Shown: positions 26,304 to 35,530, counted from the first letter of the stretch. The stretch: DNA of 64,000 nt from an uncultured Anaerolineales bacterium (GCA_964542755.1 CAZIWL010000007.1:1146-65145), one strand, 5' to 3'. Made by a program: numbers and translations. Notes: a model not told the origin generated them from the letters alone.

Positions 26304-27214
26304 CAGCTGCCTCCCTCCTCTTTCCCATAGGAGACCACGTGCCTACGCTCTGGAAGGATGCCCTGTGGTCGCGCCACGACAAACCCGATCGTCAAGACAC
26401 CTATCGACAGCGTCCGCAAGGCGGCCACGAGGCTGCTGGGTAGGTAGAGGTAGTCCTTGAGGAGTCGCGTCGAGGTATTGAGCAAGGTGATGACAAGAGC
26501 ACCAAGGAGGACTCCTTTTGCATTGCCCGAACCACCGACGATCATCATCGTCCAGATCAAGAACGTCACATCGGGTGCAAACGTCTCAGGACTGATGAAG
26601 GTGATGTAGTGCGCGTATAGACTTCCACCCAGAGCTGCCACCAGGCCGCCGACGATCATCGCCAGGGCCTTGAAGCGGAAGACGTCCTTGCCCAAGGCCT
26701 CCATGAGATCCTCCGCCTCGCGGAGGCCGCGCAGGACCCTCCCAAAGGGCGAGCGGTTCAGTCGCTCCAGGGCGAAGTAGACTGCCGCCAGGCAGACCAC
26801 CACGAACACGAGATAGAAGAGGGTGTAACTGTCGCCGAAGAGCGAGGAGAGCGGGCGAGGGATGCCGCGAATTCCGAACGGGCCCTCAGCCAGCCATTTC
26901 TCGTTGTTCACGAAAAGGCGCAGGCTCTCGGCCGCTGCGATGCTCACGATCGCCCAGTAATCGGCCCTCAGGTTGTGGGAGGGCAGGGCGATGATTAACG
27001 CGAAGATCGACGAGACGACCATACCGGCAAGCACCCCGAAGACAAAGGGCACGCCCGCCATGTACATCATCGCCGATGTGTATGCTCCGATCAGCATGAA
27101 AGCCGCTTGACCGAAGTTGGAGAGACCCGTCAGGCCGACCTGGAAGTTCAGGCTGAGGGCTACGATGGCGAAGATACCCGTCATAACCAGGAAATGAATC
27201 AGAAATGCTAGCAC
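26303..27214 (-). CDS. livM: LIV-type ABC transporter permease
   Basis: GLTGLSNFGQAAF; SPFGRVLRGLRE; GSLYAHY; GGSGN. GTG 27214 has a GGAG RBS. Confidence 0.9.
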   Translation of the reverse strand: MLAFLIHFLVMTGIFAIVALSLNFQVGLTGLSNFGQAAFMLIGAYTSAMMYMAGVPFVFGVLAGMVVSSIFALIIALPSHNLRADYWAIVSIAAAESLRLFVNNEKWLAEGPFGIRGIPRPLSSLFGDSYTLFYLVFVVVCLAAVYFALERLNRSPFGRVLRGLREAEDLMEALGKDVFRFKALAMIVGGLVAALGGSLYAHYITFISPETFAPDVTFLIWTMMIVGGSGNAKGVLLGALVITLLNTSTRLLKDYLYLPSSLVAALRTLSIGVLTIGFVVARPQGILPERRHVVSYGKEEGGS

Positions 27215-27215
27215 G

Positions 27216-28094
27216 TTATGACTCCTTTCTTCCCAGGACGCCACTAGGTCGGATGAGGAGGGTGAGGATGAGGACGATGAAGGCCAGTGCGGGCTTGTAC
27301 CGCACCGGGAACTGGAAACCGCCGATGTTGATGGCAATGCCAATGTTTTCGGCGGCTGCGAAAATCAGCGATCCAACCATCGCCCCATAGACGTTGCCGA
27401 TGCCCCCGAGGATGACCACACAGAAGGTCGCCAGGAGGATGACCTGGCCCATGCTCGGACGGAGCTGGGTCTCCAGGCCGATCAGGATCCCGCCGATGGC
27501 TGCGAAGGCGCACGCAAGGAACCAGACGTACAGCACCACGCGTTCGGTGTCGATCCCTGTTGCCTCGGCCAGCTCCCGATTGTCCGAGGTGGCGCGGATC
27601 GATCGCCCCAGATTCGTCCGATGAAGGAAGAGGTGGAAGCCGAGCATAGCGACGCCGGCGACGACCACGATCAGAATGCGGATCGGGGTCACTGTGGCCC
27701 CTAGAATCGTCAGCGGCTCCTGGACACCCAGGCCGTAGTCCTTAATCTGGCCGCCCCAGAAGACCTGTACCAGGCTGCGGATGCCCTGTGCCAGCCCGAT
27801 GGATGCGACCATCCGAATGAACGCGCTGCTCTCCCGCAGCCATTGGAAGATCGCGCGATCGGTGAGCATGCCCAGAATCCCGGTGATGATGACTGCCAGG
27901 ACGGCGGCCAGGATGAGGGGCATCCCGAGGCCTACGGAGAACAGCAGAGCGAGATAGGCGCCTAACGTGGCGAATGAATTCTGAGCGAAGCTGGCGAAAT
28001 CGAGAAGATCATACACCAGGGTCAGACTGATGCCGATCAGAGCTAGCTCGCTGGCTCGAGTCAGGATGTTGAAGATAAGCTGCGTTATTTGCAC
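27216..28094 (-). CDS. livH: LIV-type ABC transporter permease
   Basis: ALIGISLTLVY; TNLGRSIRATSDN; ATGID; LGGIGNVYGA. GTG 28094 has a GGAGG RBS. Confidence 0.9.
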   Translation of the reverse strand: MQITQLIFNILTRASELALIGISLTLVYDLLDFASFAQNSFATLGAYLALLFSVGLGMPLILAAVLAVIITGILGMLTDRAIFQWLRESSAFIRMVASIGLAQGIRSLVQVFWGGQIKDYGLGVQEPLTILGATVTPIRILIVVVAGVAMLGFHLFLHRTNLGRSIRATSDNRELAEATGIDTERVVLYVWFLACAFAAIGGILIGLETQLRPSMGQVILLATFCVVILGGIGNVYGAMVGSLIFAAAENIGIAINIGGFQFPVRYKPALAFIVLILTLLIRPSGVLGRKES

Positions 28095-28189
28095 GTCGAC
28101 CTCCTCCAAGTCAGGAGCGGGTTGCAGGGGGATGAGATAGACGACAGGGCAGCGCGCCCCGAGGAGCGCGCTGCCCACGGCCTTCAGTT

Positions 28190-29311
28190 CTACTGGTTGT
28201 ACAACTCCACGTGACCGTCGGTATAGATCAATTCGTCGTACGGCTGCTCCAGGCGCTGACCGTTCTCATCGAACTCAAGATCACCGGTGGCGGCATCGTA
28301 CCCCTTCGCCACCTCGGGGAGCGTGTTCTTGATGGACTCCGCGTCGGTGCCCCCTTCCCGCATCGCCAGCGCGATCAGCCACGCGGCATCGTACGCCAGG
28401 TAGCTGAAGGGGCCGCCGGGTTCCTCACCGAACTTCTCCTTGAAGGCCTCGGTGAAAGCCTGACCCGCCGGCATGTGGTACGCTGGCTCCAGGCCGATGT
28501 GCCCGTCGACAGTCTGGGGGTCGGCGACGCCTGTGCACATGGTCAAGTAGCCACCGATCCACTGGGCTTCCGCGCCCATCTCCATCGCCTGCTTGGTCAG
28601 GATCTTCGACTCCTCGCCGTAGGCCGTGTAGAGGATCGCCTCAGGATCCCCTTCGAATAGCCTCTGCAGCTCGGCTCGGTAGTCCGTCTGGGCCAGCGGG
28701 TACTCGATGATGGTCGTGATTTCGCCGCCGTTCTCCTCGAAGGTCTTGACCATCCATTCCTCCATCCCGATCCCGAAGGGGTTGTTCGGTACCAGGATGG
28801 CAGCCTTGGTGTAGCCTTCATCCAGCGCCAGCTTAGCTTGCTCGGAACCCATCAGGTGATCCAGGCCGATGGTGCTGAAGAAGTAGTCGCCAACCTCGGC
28901 ACACTTAGGGGACGTGGAGCCCGGGTTAACCATTACCACGCCCTGCTCCTGGGCGTAGGCTGCCGCTGGGAGGGTAACGCCGCTCGAGAAGATGCCGATG
29001 ATAGCCGGGACCTTGTTGACGTCGATGAGCTTGTGAGCGGCATCGGTGCCAGCCTCGGGACGGGACTCGCTGTCCTCGAAAATCACCTTCAGGTCACGGC
29101 CGTCGATGCCTCCATCCGCGTTGATCTGCTCGACCGCCAACTCCACGCCACGGCGCTCATCAATACCCTCATGTGTCGATGCGCCCGTCAGGGGGAAGAT
29201 CGCACCGATCGTCAGTTCGCCACCACCGCCTCCCAGCTGCCCACAGGCCGTCGTGGGGAGCAAGAGGACGACAACCACTAGTAGCGCAACAAGCTTGTGC
29301 AGGGTCTTCAC
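28190..29311 (-). CDS. livK: LIV-type ABC substrate-binding lipoprotein
   Basis: Lipobox-like LPTTAC; IGAIFPLTG; GVELAVEQINADGGIDG; YLAYDA; ATGDLEFDENG. Confidence 0.9.
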   Translation of the reverse strand: MKTLHKLVALLVVVVLLLPTTACGQLGGGGGELTIGAIFPLTGASTHEGIDERRGVELAVEQINADGGIDGRDLKVIFEDSESRPEAGTDAAHKLIDVNKVPAIIGIFSSGVTLPAAAYAQEQGVVMVNPGSTSPKCAEVGDYFFSTIGLDHLMGSEQAKLALDEGYTKAAILVPNNPFGIGMEEWMVKTFEENGGEITTIIEYPLAQTDYRAELQRLFEGDPEAILYTAYGEESKILTKQAMEMGAEAQWIGGYLTMCTGVADPQTVDGHIGLEPAYHMPAGQAFTEAFKEKFGEEPGGPFSYLAYDAAWLIALAMREGGTDAESIKNTLPEVAKGYDAATGDLEFDENGQRLEQPYDELIYTDGHVELYNQ

Positions 29312-29502
29312 TTCCTACCTCCTCGTGGATTCTACTGTACGCTCTCTCAGCGTCGTTCGTTGACGCTTGACAGTTCGAGGCGATCGTCTCGCTTCTGGTT
29401 CGGCACCACCTCCTTTCTTTGCCTGCGTCTCCGGAACCATTGGATGGTCGCTCCACCATGTTGGGGGCGAGTCTCAAGGCTGCTCCGGTTCTAGGGGTGG
29501 AG

Positions 29503-30216
29503 CTACGCGCCGCCCAGGTAGGCGGCTTTAACCTGGGGATCCGCCCTCAGTTCTTCGACCGATCCCTCCAGAACAACATGACCGGACTCGATCACGTAGC
29601 CACGCTCGGCGACCGAGAATGCCATACGGGCATTCTGTTCCACGATGAGGATGGTCATGCCTTCCTCGTTCAGCTTCCGCGTAACGTCGAAGATCTCTTG
29701 TACGAGAAAGGGGGCCAGTCCCATGGAGGGCTCATCGAGAAGCAGAAGATCCACATCGCTCATCAAGGCGCGGGCGATAGAGAGCATCTGACGCTCGCCA
29801 CCGCTGAGGGTCCCGGCAAACTGAGTCGTCCGCTCCTCCAGGCGAGGGAACACGGAGTATACCCATTCCAGGTCTTCCTGGACGGCTTTCTGATCCCTGC
29901 GGGTGATTGCCCCCATCTTGAGATTCTCCAAGACGGTGAGGGTGGGGAAGACCTGGTGCCCATCCGGGACCAACACGAGTCCCTTTGTGACCAGTCGATG
30001 AGCCGGAGTGCCCTGAATCTCCTCGCCTCGGTACCTCACACGCCCAGATCGTGGGGACAGGAGGCCGCTGATGGACTTGAGTGTGGTGGTCTTGCCAGCT
30101 CCATTGGCACCGATCATCGTTACGATCTCACCCTCATCGACCGTCAGGGAGACCCCGAAGAGTGCCTGCATGTCGCCATAGGAGGTGTGGATGTCCTCGA
30201 CTTCCAGGATGGCCAT
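29503..30216 (-). CDS. livF: LIV-type ABC transporter ATP-binding subunit
   Basis: GANGAGKTT; LSGGERQM; LLLDEPSMGLAP; VEQN; AYLGG. Confidence 0.93.
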   Translation of the reverse strand: MAILEVEDIHTSYGDMQALFGVSLTVDEGEIVTMIGANGAGKTTTLKSISGLLSPRSGRVRYRGEEIQGTPAHRLVTKGLVLVPDGHQVFPTLTVLENLKMGAITRRDQKAVQEDLEWVYSVFPRLEERTTQFAGTLSGGERQMLSIARALMSDVDLLLLDEPSMGLAPFLVQEIFDVTRKLNEEGMTILIVEQNARMAFSVAERGYVIESGHVVLEGSVEELRADPQVKAAYLGGA

Positions 30217-30297
30217 TGGTGCTCCTTCTCGATCTTGACTACGAAGCCCCCGGGAGAAGGGTTGTACCGTGGCGGGGTATGCGGCTGGTTAATTTCG

Positions 30298-30329
30298 ATT
30301 ATATTCACGACACTTGAAGGTGTCAAGTG
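30298..30329 (-). promoter_or_regulatory. Perfect-consensus sigma70 promoter with an overlapping palindromic operator, driving the ABC-racemase genes
   Basis: Minus strand TTGACA(30326-30321)-17 nt-TATAAT(30303-30298). CACTTGA-N5-TCAAGTG (30311-30329) covers the -35 element. Confidence 0.85.
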
Positions 30330-30439
30330 GGCATTCCTCCCGATAAACCGCGACAACTCTCACCAGTCAGCCCCAAGCGTCGGAGGGCGAGCCCGCTGGC
30401 TCACCGTGCGTTGATCATCGTTCTTCGCTCTACAAAAAG

Positions 30440-31597
30440 CTACTTAAGCTTCTCTTCGGCACCAAACTCCCGATAGGGACTGAGCTCCTCAAGCGTTTCC
30501 TCATCCTCCGGCGTCAGGTCCTCCTGGACCAGACGGCAGAGCACAGATCCCAGGCCGGGCCCGAGCATGAAACCCTGACCGCACATGCCGACGGCGAAGA
30601 TATAGCCCTCCAGTCCCTTGGAGCGTCCGACGATGGGGAAGCCATCGGGCGTCATGGGATAGAGCCCGCGCCACGTTCGGCGAACTCGAATGTTCGCGAG
30701 CTTCGGCATTAGGCCGACCATCCGCGGCGCTATCATGGGCAGGAAATCTGAAGTCTCTCGGCGATCGGTCCCTACGATGGGGGGCTCGGGGGTGATACAG
30801 AACACCAGGGCTCCGGTTCCGTGCTGATAGAAGTAGTAGTTCTTCGAGCCCTCAGCCGGGCGCAGGTCGACGACCATAGGTTCGAGAAACCGTCTCACCG
30901 GTTCTGTGATGCCTGCCTCGTGGCTGTCCGGGGTCACCGGCGCGTCGAGCCCTGCCATCCGGGCCGCCTGTCGACCCCACGCTCCAGCCGCGTTAATGAC
31001 TGTCTCCGTCGCGTATCCTCCCTGGTCCGTCCGGACGCCAACAACCTTGCCCCGTCGCGTAATGATGCCCGTGACTCTCTCGTTGAAGTGAAATCGTGCT
31101 CCGCGCTCCGCAGCACGCTTGTAGAAGGCGTGAGCACTGAGGAGCGGGGACGCGGAGCCGTCGCTGGGTGAGTAGGTACCGCCGATCAGGTTATTCCGGT
31201 TCAGCGAAGGGATGACGTCGAGCAGATCGTCCCGGTTCAGCCACTTGATCTCCAGCCCGAAGCCATGCTGGACGTCTAGCAGGTCCTTCAGGGCTTGTTC
31301 CTCCCGCTCGCGGTAGGCGACGAAGGAGTAGCCGCCCCGGTGCCACTCGATGTCATCGCCGTAAGTCTCTTCCCATGTGGAGAAGACCTGAAGCGACTCG
31401 ATGCATAGGCGAATCTTGGACCTGGCTGAGTGCGTGGCTCGGATGCCGCCGATGGCAGCCTTGTTGGACCCCTGCCCAGGACTGGCGAATTGGTCGATGA
31501 CCAGGGGCTGGAGGCCTGCCTCGGCTAGAGAGAGAGCTGTCGGCAGTCCCACACTCCCCGCACCGATGATCACGGCGTCGTAGACTTTGGTGGTCAT
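30440..31597 (-). CDS. DAO-family FAD oxidoreductase, beta subunit of a dye-linked proline dehydrogenase/sarcosine-oxidase-like complex
   Basis: IIGAGSVG; GSNKAAIGGIR; VINAAGAW; RTWRGLYPMTPDGFPIVG; GMCGQGFMLGP. Confidence 0.85.
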   Translation of the reverse strand: MTTKVYDAVIIGAGSVGLPTALSLAEAGLQPLVIDQFASPGQGSNKAAIGGIRATHSARSKIRLCIESLQVFSTWEETYGDDIEWHRGGYSFVAYREREEQALKDLLDVQHGFGLEIKWLNRDDLLDVIPSLNRNNLIGGTYSPSDGSASPLLSAHAFYKRAAERGARFHFNERVTGIITRRGKVVGVRTDQGGYATETVINAAGAWGRQAARMAGLDAPVTPDSHEAGITEPVRRFLEPMVVDLRPAEGSKNYYFYQHGTGALVFCITPEPPIVGTDRRETSDFLPMIAPRMVGLMPKLANIRVRRTWRGLYPMTPDGFPIVGRSKGLEGYIFAVGMCGQGFMLGPGLGSVLCRLVQEDLTPEDEETLEELSPYREFGAEEKLK

Positions 31598-31599
31598 GC

Positions 31600-33732
31600 T
31601 TACATGCCTCCCTCGTGTGCGTCCGTGGCGTGGGTGACCAGCACGTGTTCGGAAGGTCTCTCCCCCGCGCTAACCCCGGCGAAAGCCCCGAGGGGGACCT
31701 CCATGAAGAGCGGACGCTGTGTGTTCTCCTCGATGCTCTCGAGCTCGATCCCTTCCTCGCGGAAAAGCCGCTCGATCAGCGTGGTACACGTCTTGCCGCC
31801 GCAGGCTCCCATCCCGGCCCGAGTGACGGCTTTGATGTAGTTCATGTCGCGCACACCAGACCGAATCAGTTCCCGGATCTCCCCCGCCGTGACCCGCTCA
31901 CAACGGCAGATGATCTCGTCGTCCGCTAGCCGCTCAACGGCCTGTCCCTCGGCCTCCGTGACCCAGGGGTCCTGGACTCGAATGCCGGCGATCCGTTTCG
32001 CGATCTCTCGGGGCGCTCTCACTCGCACGAGGAGGGCACGGTCGGCAAACCGGGGGGTGCGCACACGCGAGACCTCAACGTTGCCAAGCACCTTTCCTTC
32101 CGTGTCCAGCACGGTCACAATGTCGCCGGCGTCGATGGTCTCCGATGGGAACTCGTAGGGGATTGTGACTGTGGGACGCAAGCGGTCGTCACGGTAATCG
32201 ACCAGTGTGATCGCCAGTCCCGGACAGACGGCGACGCACTGCTCGCAACCGATACATCCGTCTCCGATGTACTGCGGCAGGCCGCGGATGTCATTGCGCT
32301 CGATGACGATGCTTTCCTGAGGGCACACGGACGTGCAAGGGTTGCAGGGGATTTCCTGAGCACAGTGGAGGACCGGCAGGACACCTTCCTCCCCCTCCGG
32401 GATGTCCTCCGTCACGACGGCGCCAGGCCTCGACTTGAGAATCTCGGCGGTCCGATGCCACTCGGGGGGAATGTCCCCTACGTCCCTCCCCAACGTTCTC
32501 GCGATCTCCAGGCCACGAATCCGACCGGTGAACATAGCTGCCGATGCCTCGGCAATCTCCTCTGCGTCGCCAGCTGCGTAGACAGGAAGACCAAAGGTCT
32601 CTGCCTTCTCCACGAACTCGTCCACCGGCTCCAGCCCAACAGCCACGAGGACTGTATCGCACGCAAAGGTCTTCTCCGTGTCGGGGATGGGTTCCCAGTT
32701 GTTGTCGATCTCGGCGATGGTGACCGAATCGACCCGACTCTCGCCGTTGGCGCTTACGATGGTGTGGGAGGTGTAGATCGGGACGCCCAGGCGGCTCAAC
32801 TTGTCCTTGTGAACCTTGTAGCCGCCACACTCAGCCAGCGCCTCGCAGAGACCGATTACCTTGATATCCGCCTGCAGGGCGTGATAGCCAGCTATCAAGC
32901 CCACGTTCCCCCCGCCCACGATGAACAGCCGATCAGCCGACTTCACCATGTCGCGGTTGACCAGCGTCTGGAACGCACCGGCACCGTAGACACCGGGCAG
33001 GGTGTTCCCCTTGAACGCCAGGGACTTCTCCCGGGCCCCGGTTGCCACCAGAAGTGTCTGAGGGCGGACCAGCAGATAGTGACCCTCCCTCAGCAGACCG
33101 ACTTTTCTGTCGGAGAAGACGGCAAGGGCCGTAGAGTCCAGCCAGACCTGCACGTTCTCGAAGTCACGCACCTCTTCTTCGAGTTTCTCGGCGATGTCGA
33201 TGCCTCTCGTCCCAGCGTAGCAAGCTTCAATCGATCCGAAGAATTTGTGCGTCTGGAGCACCAGCTTGCCCCCCAGACGGTGTTTGTCGTCGACGATGAG
33301 GGTCCGGACGCCAGCCTTGCCCAGTTCGATGGCCGCGGAAAGCCCGGCCGGACCGCCGCCAATGATCAGGCACTCGATGTCGATCGTTCCGATGGGGTGA
33401 GTCTCCGGCGCGCTCTGAATGTCAGGCAGGGTCGGCCGTCCGTCCATGGGCTGGACATCCATCCCGGCAAGCACGGGTGCCATACACGACTTGACGGGGA
33501 TGCCATCCGCCATCACCAGGCACTGAGCACATTGCCCGTTGGCACAGAAGATGCCCTGGGGGGCGCCGTCCTTATGGTGATGCCCGAATATGCGGATGCC
33601 GTTGGCGAACAGGGCCGATGCGATGGTCTCACCCGCGTGCCCCGTCAGGGTCTCACCCTGCCAGGTGAACTCGACGGCCTCTTCCTCTTCGGCCGCGAGG
33701 ATGGGATGCTCACGGATCCGATAGTCCGTCAT
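31600..33732 (-). CDS. Fused alpha subunit: 2Fe-2S domain, FAD/NAD oxidoreductase, 2x[4Fe-4S] ferredoxin and BFD-like Fe-S domain
   Basis: GIFCANGQCAQC; IIGGGPAGL; ATGARE; VGGGNVG; CAQEIPCNPCTSVCP and CIGCEQCVAVCPG; IICRCERV...RAGMGACGGKTC. Start set at ATG 33732 (AAGGAG RBS). Confidence 0.85.
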   Translation of the reverse strand: MTDYRIREHPILAAEEEEAVEFTWQGETLTGHAGETIASALFANGIRIFGHHHKDGAPQGIFCANGQCAQCLVMADGIPVKSCMAPVLAGMDVQPMDGRPTLPDIQSAPETHPIGTIDIECLIIGGGPAGLSAAIELGKAGVRTLIVDDKHRLGGKLVLQTHKFFGSIEACYAGTRGIDIAEKLEEEVRDFENVQVWLDSTALAVFSDRKVGLLREGHYLLVRPQTLLVATGAREKSLAFKGNTLPGVYGAGAFQTLVNRDMVKSADRLFIVGGGNVGLIAGYHALQADIKVIGLCEALAECGGYKVHKDKLSRLGVPIYTSHTIVSANGESRVDSVTIAEIDNNWEPIPDTEKTFACDTVLVAVGLEPVDEFVEKAETFGLPVYAAGDAEEIAEASAAMFTGRIRGLEIARTLGRDVGDIPPEWHRTAEILKSRPGAVVTEDIPEGEEGVLPVLHCAQEIPCNPCTSVCPQESIVIERNDIRGLPQYIGDGCIGCEQCVAVCPGLAITLVDYRDDRLRPTVTIPYEFPSETIDAGDIVTVLDTEGKVLGNVEVSRVRTPRFADRALLVRVRAPREIAKRIAGIRVQDPWVTEAEGQAVERLADDEIICRCERVTAGEIRELIRSGVRDMNYIKAVTRAGMGACGGKTCTTLIERLFREEGIELESIEENTQRPLFMEVPLGAFAGVSAGERPSEHVLVTHATDAHEGGM

Positions 33733-33929
33733 TGGGTCTCTCCTTGTCTCGATCCGCACTTTTGTTCACCTCTCTTGCTGGTCGGCTGCCTCCACGTATC
33801 GAGTGGCCGGCAGTGAATATGCGGGAACTCAAGCTCAGCTGCGGTCGCAGAGGGGGCTTATCTAAGGCCGTGTCCCAAGATGGTGATCAGCCACCGCTCG
33901 GGAAGCTGTGTGCGCTCTCTTCCCCGCCG

Positions 33930-34271
33930 TTAGCCCGGGGGCCAACTCAGAGGGCGCCCGCCCAGTAGATGCATGTGGAGATGGTGGATGGATTGACCGG
34001 CCTCCGCCCCGGTGTTGACCACCAGACGGTAGCCTGAGTCGAGGCCTTCGTCCTCGGCCAGCTGGCGTGCCACGAGGAAGAGTCTGCCCAACCAAACCTC
34101 ATCTCCTGATTCGACCGCGTCGACACTTTCCACGTGTTCATTCGGTAGGATGAGGATGTGCGTAGGGGCCTGGGGGTTCTGATCCCGAAAGGCCGTCACG
34201 TACTCCCCTTCATAGACGATGCGCGCTGACTCTTCGCCCGAGGCGATGCGACAGAAAACACAGGTCGTCAT
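33930..34271 (-). CDS. HIT-family (HINT) nucleotide hydrolase
   Basis: CVFCRI; AFRDQNPQAPTHILILP; GQSIHHLHMHLLGGR. ATG overlaps the mtaB stop. Confidence 0.93.
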   Translation of the reverse strand: MTTCVFCRIASGEESARIVYEGEYVTAFRDQNPQAPTHILILPNEHVESVDAVESGDEVWLGRLFLVARQLAEDEGLDSGYRLVVNTGAEAGQSIHHLHMHLLGGRPLSWPPG

Positions 34272-35530
34272 AAGACAGCCTCTCCTCTCAAGTGGCCCTT
34301 CTCGGCACTCAGAATGCGCGCTTGGGTGATCTGGTTCATGAGATCTTGCTCGGCATCTGCGACGACGCGGAGGTAGTTGTCTGTCCAGCCGGTCCAGTGA
34401 CCGTCCTGCCGTTGTTTCTCCCAGAGCACGGGCAGCTCTCGACCCAGGAAGCGAAGTCGATACCGGCATCGTTGGCGGCGCGCTAGATTTCGTATCTTTC
34501 GGGCTCGGTCTTCCTTCACCTGGGAAGCGATGTGATGGGGGAGCCTTGAGGCTGGGGTGTGGGGTCGTTTGGAGTACGGGAAGACGTGGATCTTGGCGAA
34601 GGCTGTCTTCTCAACGAAGGCGTAGCTTGTGTCGAAGGCCGCCTGGTTCTCTCCAGGAAAGCCCACCATCACGTCGGTGGTGATCGCCACCTCGGGGATC
34701 TGGTCGCGGGCGGCCGCCACGAGTCGCGAGAATGCTTCCGTCGTGATGCGGCGTCCCATGCGCCGGAGCGTGTCGTCGCACCCGGATTGGAGCGGGAGGT
34801 GGAACTGTCGACAGAGACGGGAATCGTCCCAGAGATCGAAGAGGGTCTCCTGGATGTCCCATGGCTCCAGGGAGGAGAGCCGAAGCCTCCGCACGTCGGT
34901 GTCGGCCAGGACGGCTTCGACCAGGGATCGCAGTCCTTCGGGATACCCCAGATCTTGCCCGTACGCCCCGAGACACGCACCTGTCAAGACTACCTCGCGG
35001 GCATCAGCTTTCTCCACCAGCATCTGAATCTCGTGGACCACGTCGGCCATTAGGCGGCTTCGAGACCGTCCACGCAGCGAGCGAACGATACAGTAGGTGC
35101 AGTGGTTGTCGCAGCCGTCCTGAACCTTGACAAAGGCCCTGGTTCGCATGGTCTCCAGGGTCTCACCCGCTTCGCCAGGACGCCCGGGTGACTGCGCAAG
35201 ATTCGTGAGCAGGTCACCCGCGCGCTCTTTCTCCGCATTGGGAATCACCCAGCGGACCCCGGGGAGTCGGGCCGAGGTCTCCGGCCGCAGAGTTGCGTAG
35301 CATCCCATGATGGCAAGCCGAGCCTGAGGGTTGTCGCGATGTAGGGAGCGCATCTCGTGCCGCGTCTTTCGCTCGGCCTGGGCGGTGACGGCACACGAGT
35401 TGACGGCGATGGTATCGGCTTCGGCTGCGCTGGCCACGATCGTATGCCCGGCCCTCGCCAGCTCCTGGGCCAGCAACTCGATCTCGCTCCAGTTGAGACG
35501 ACACCCAACACTGTCGAGGTAGATCCGCAT
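34268..35530 (-). CDS. mtaB: tRNA t6A37 methylthiotransferase (radical SAM)
   Basis: GCRLNWSE; INSCAVT; KVQDGCDNHCTYC; HLPLQSG; DVMVGFPGE; HVFPYSKRPHT; TDNY. The motifs are MtaB-type rather than MiaB-type. Confidence 0.88.
   Translation of the reverse strand: MRIYLDSVGCRLNWSEIELLAQELARAGHTIVASAAEADTIAVNSCAVTAQAERKTRHEMRSLHRDNPQARLAIMGCYATLRPETSARLPGVRWVIPNAEKERAGDLLTNLAQSPGRPGEAGETLETMRTRAFVKVQDGCDNHCTYCIVRSLRGRSRSRLMADVVHEIQMLVEKADAREVVLTGACLGAYGQDLGYPEGLRSLVEAVLADTDVRRLRLSSLEPWDIQETLFDLWDDSRLCRQFHLPLQSGCDDTLRRMGRRITTEAFSRLVAAARDQIPEVAITTDVMVGFPGENQAAFDTSYAFVEKTAFAKIHVFPYSKRPHTPASRLPHHIASQVKEDRARKIRNLARRQRCRYRLRFLGRELPVLWEKQRQDGHWTGWTDNYLRVVADAEQDLMNQITQARILSAEKGHLRGEAVL

Noticed and set aside
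29419-30414. 331-aa minus-strand ORF overlapping livF
   Set aside because: Alternative-frame shadow of livF that also runs across the promoter.
32365-33816. 483-aa plus-strand ORF
   Set aside because: Antisense shadow of the dehydrogenase alpha subunit.
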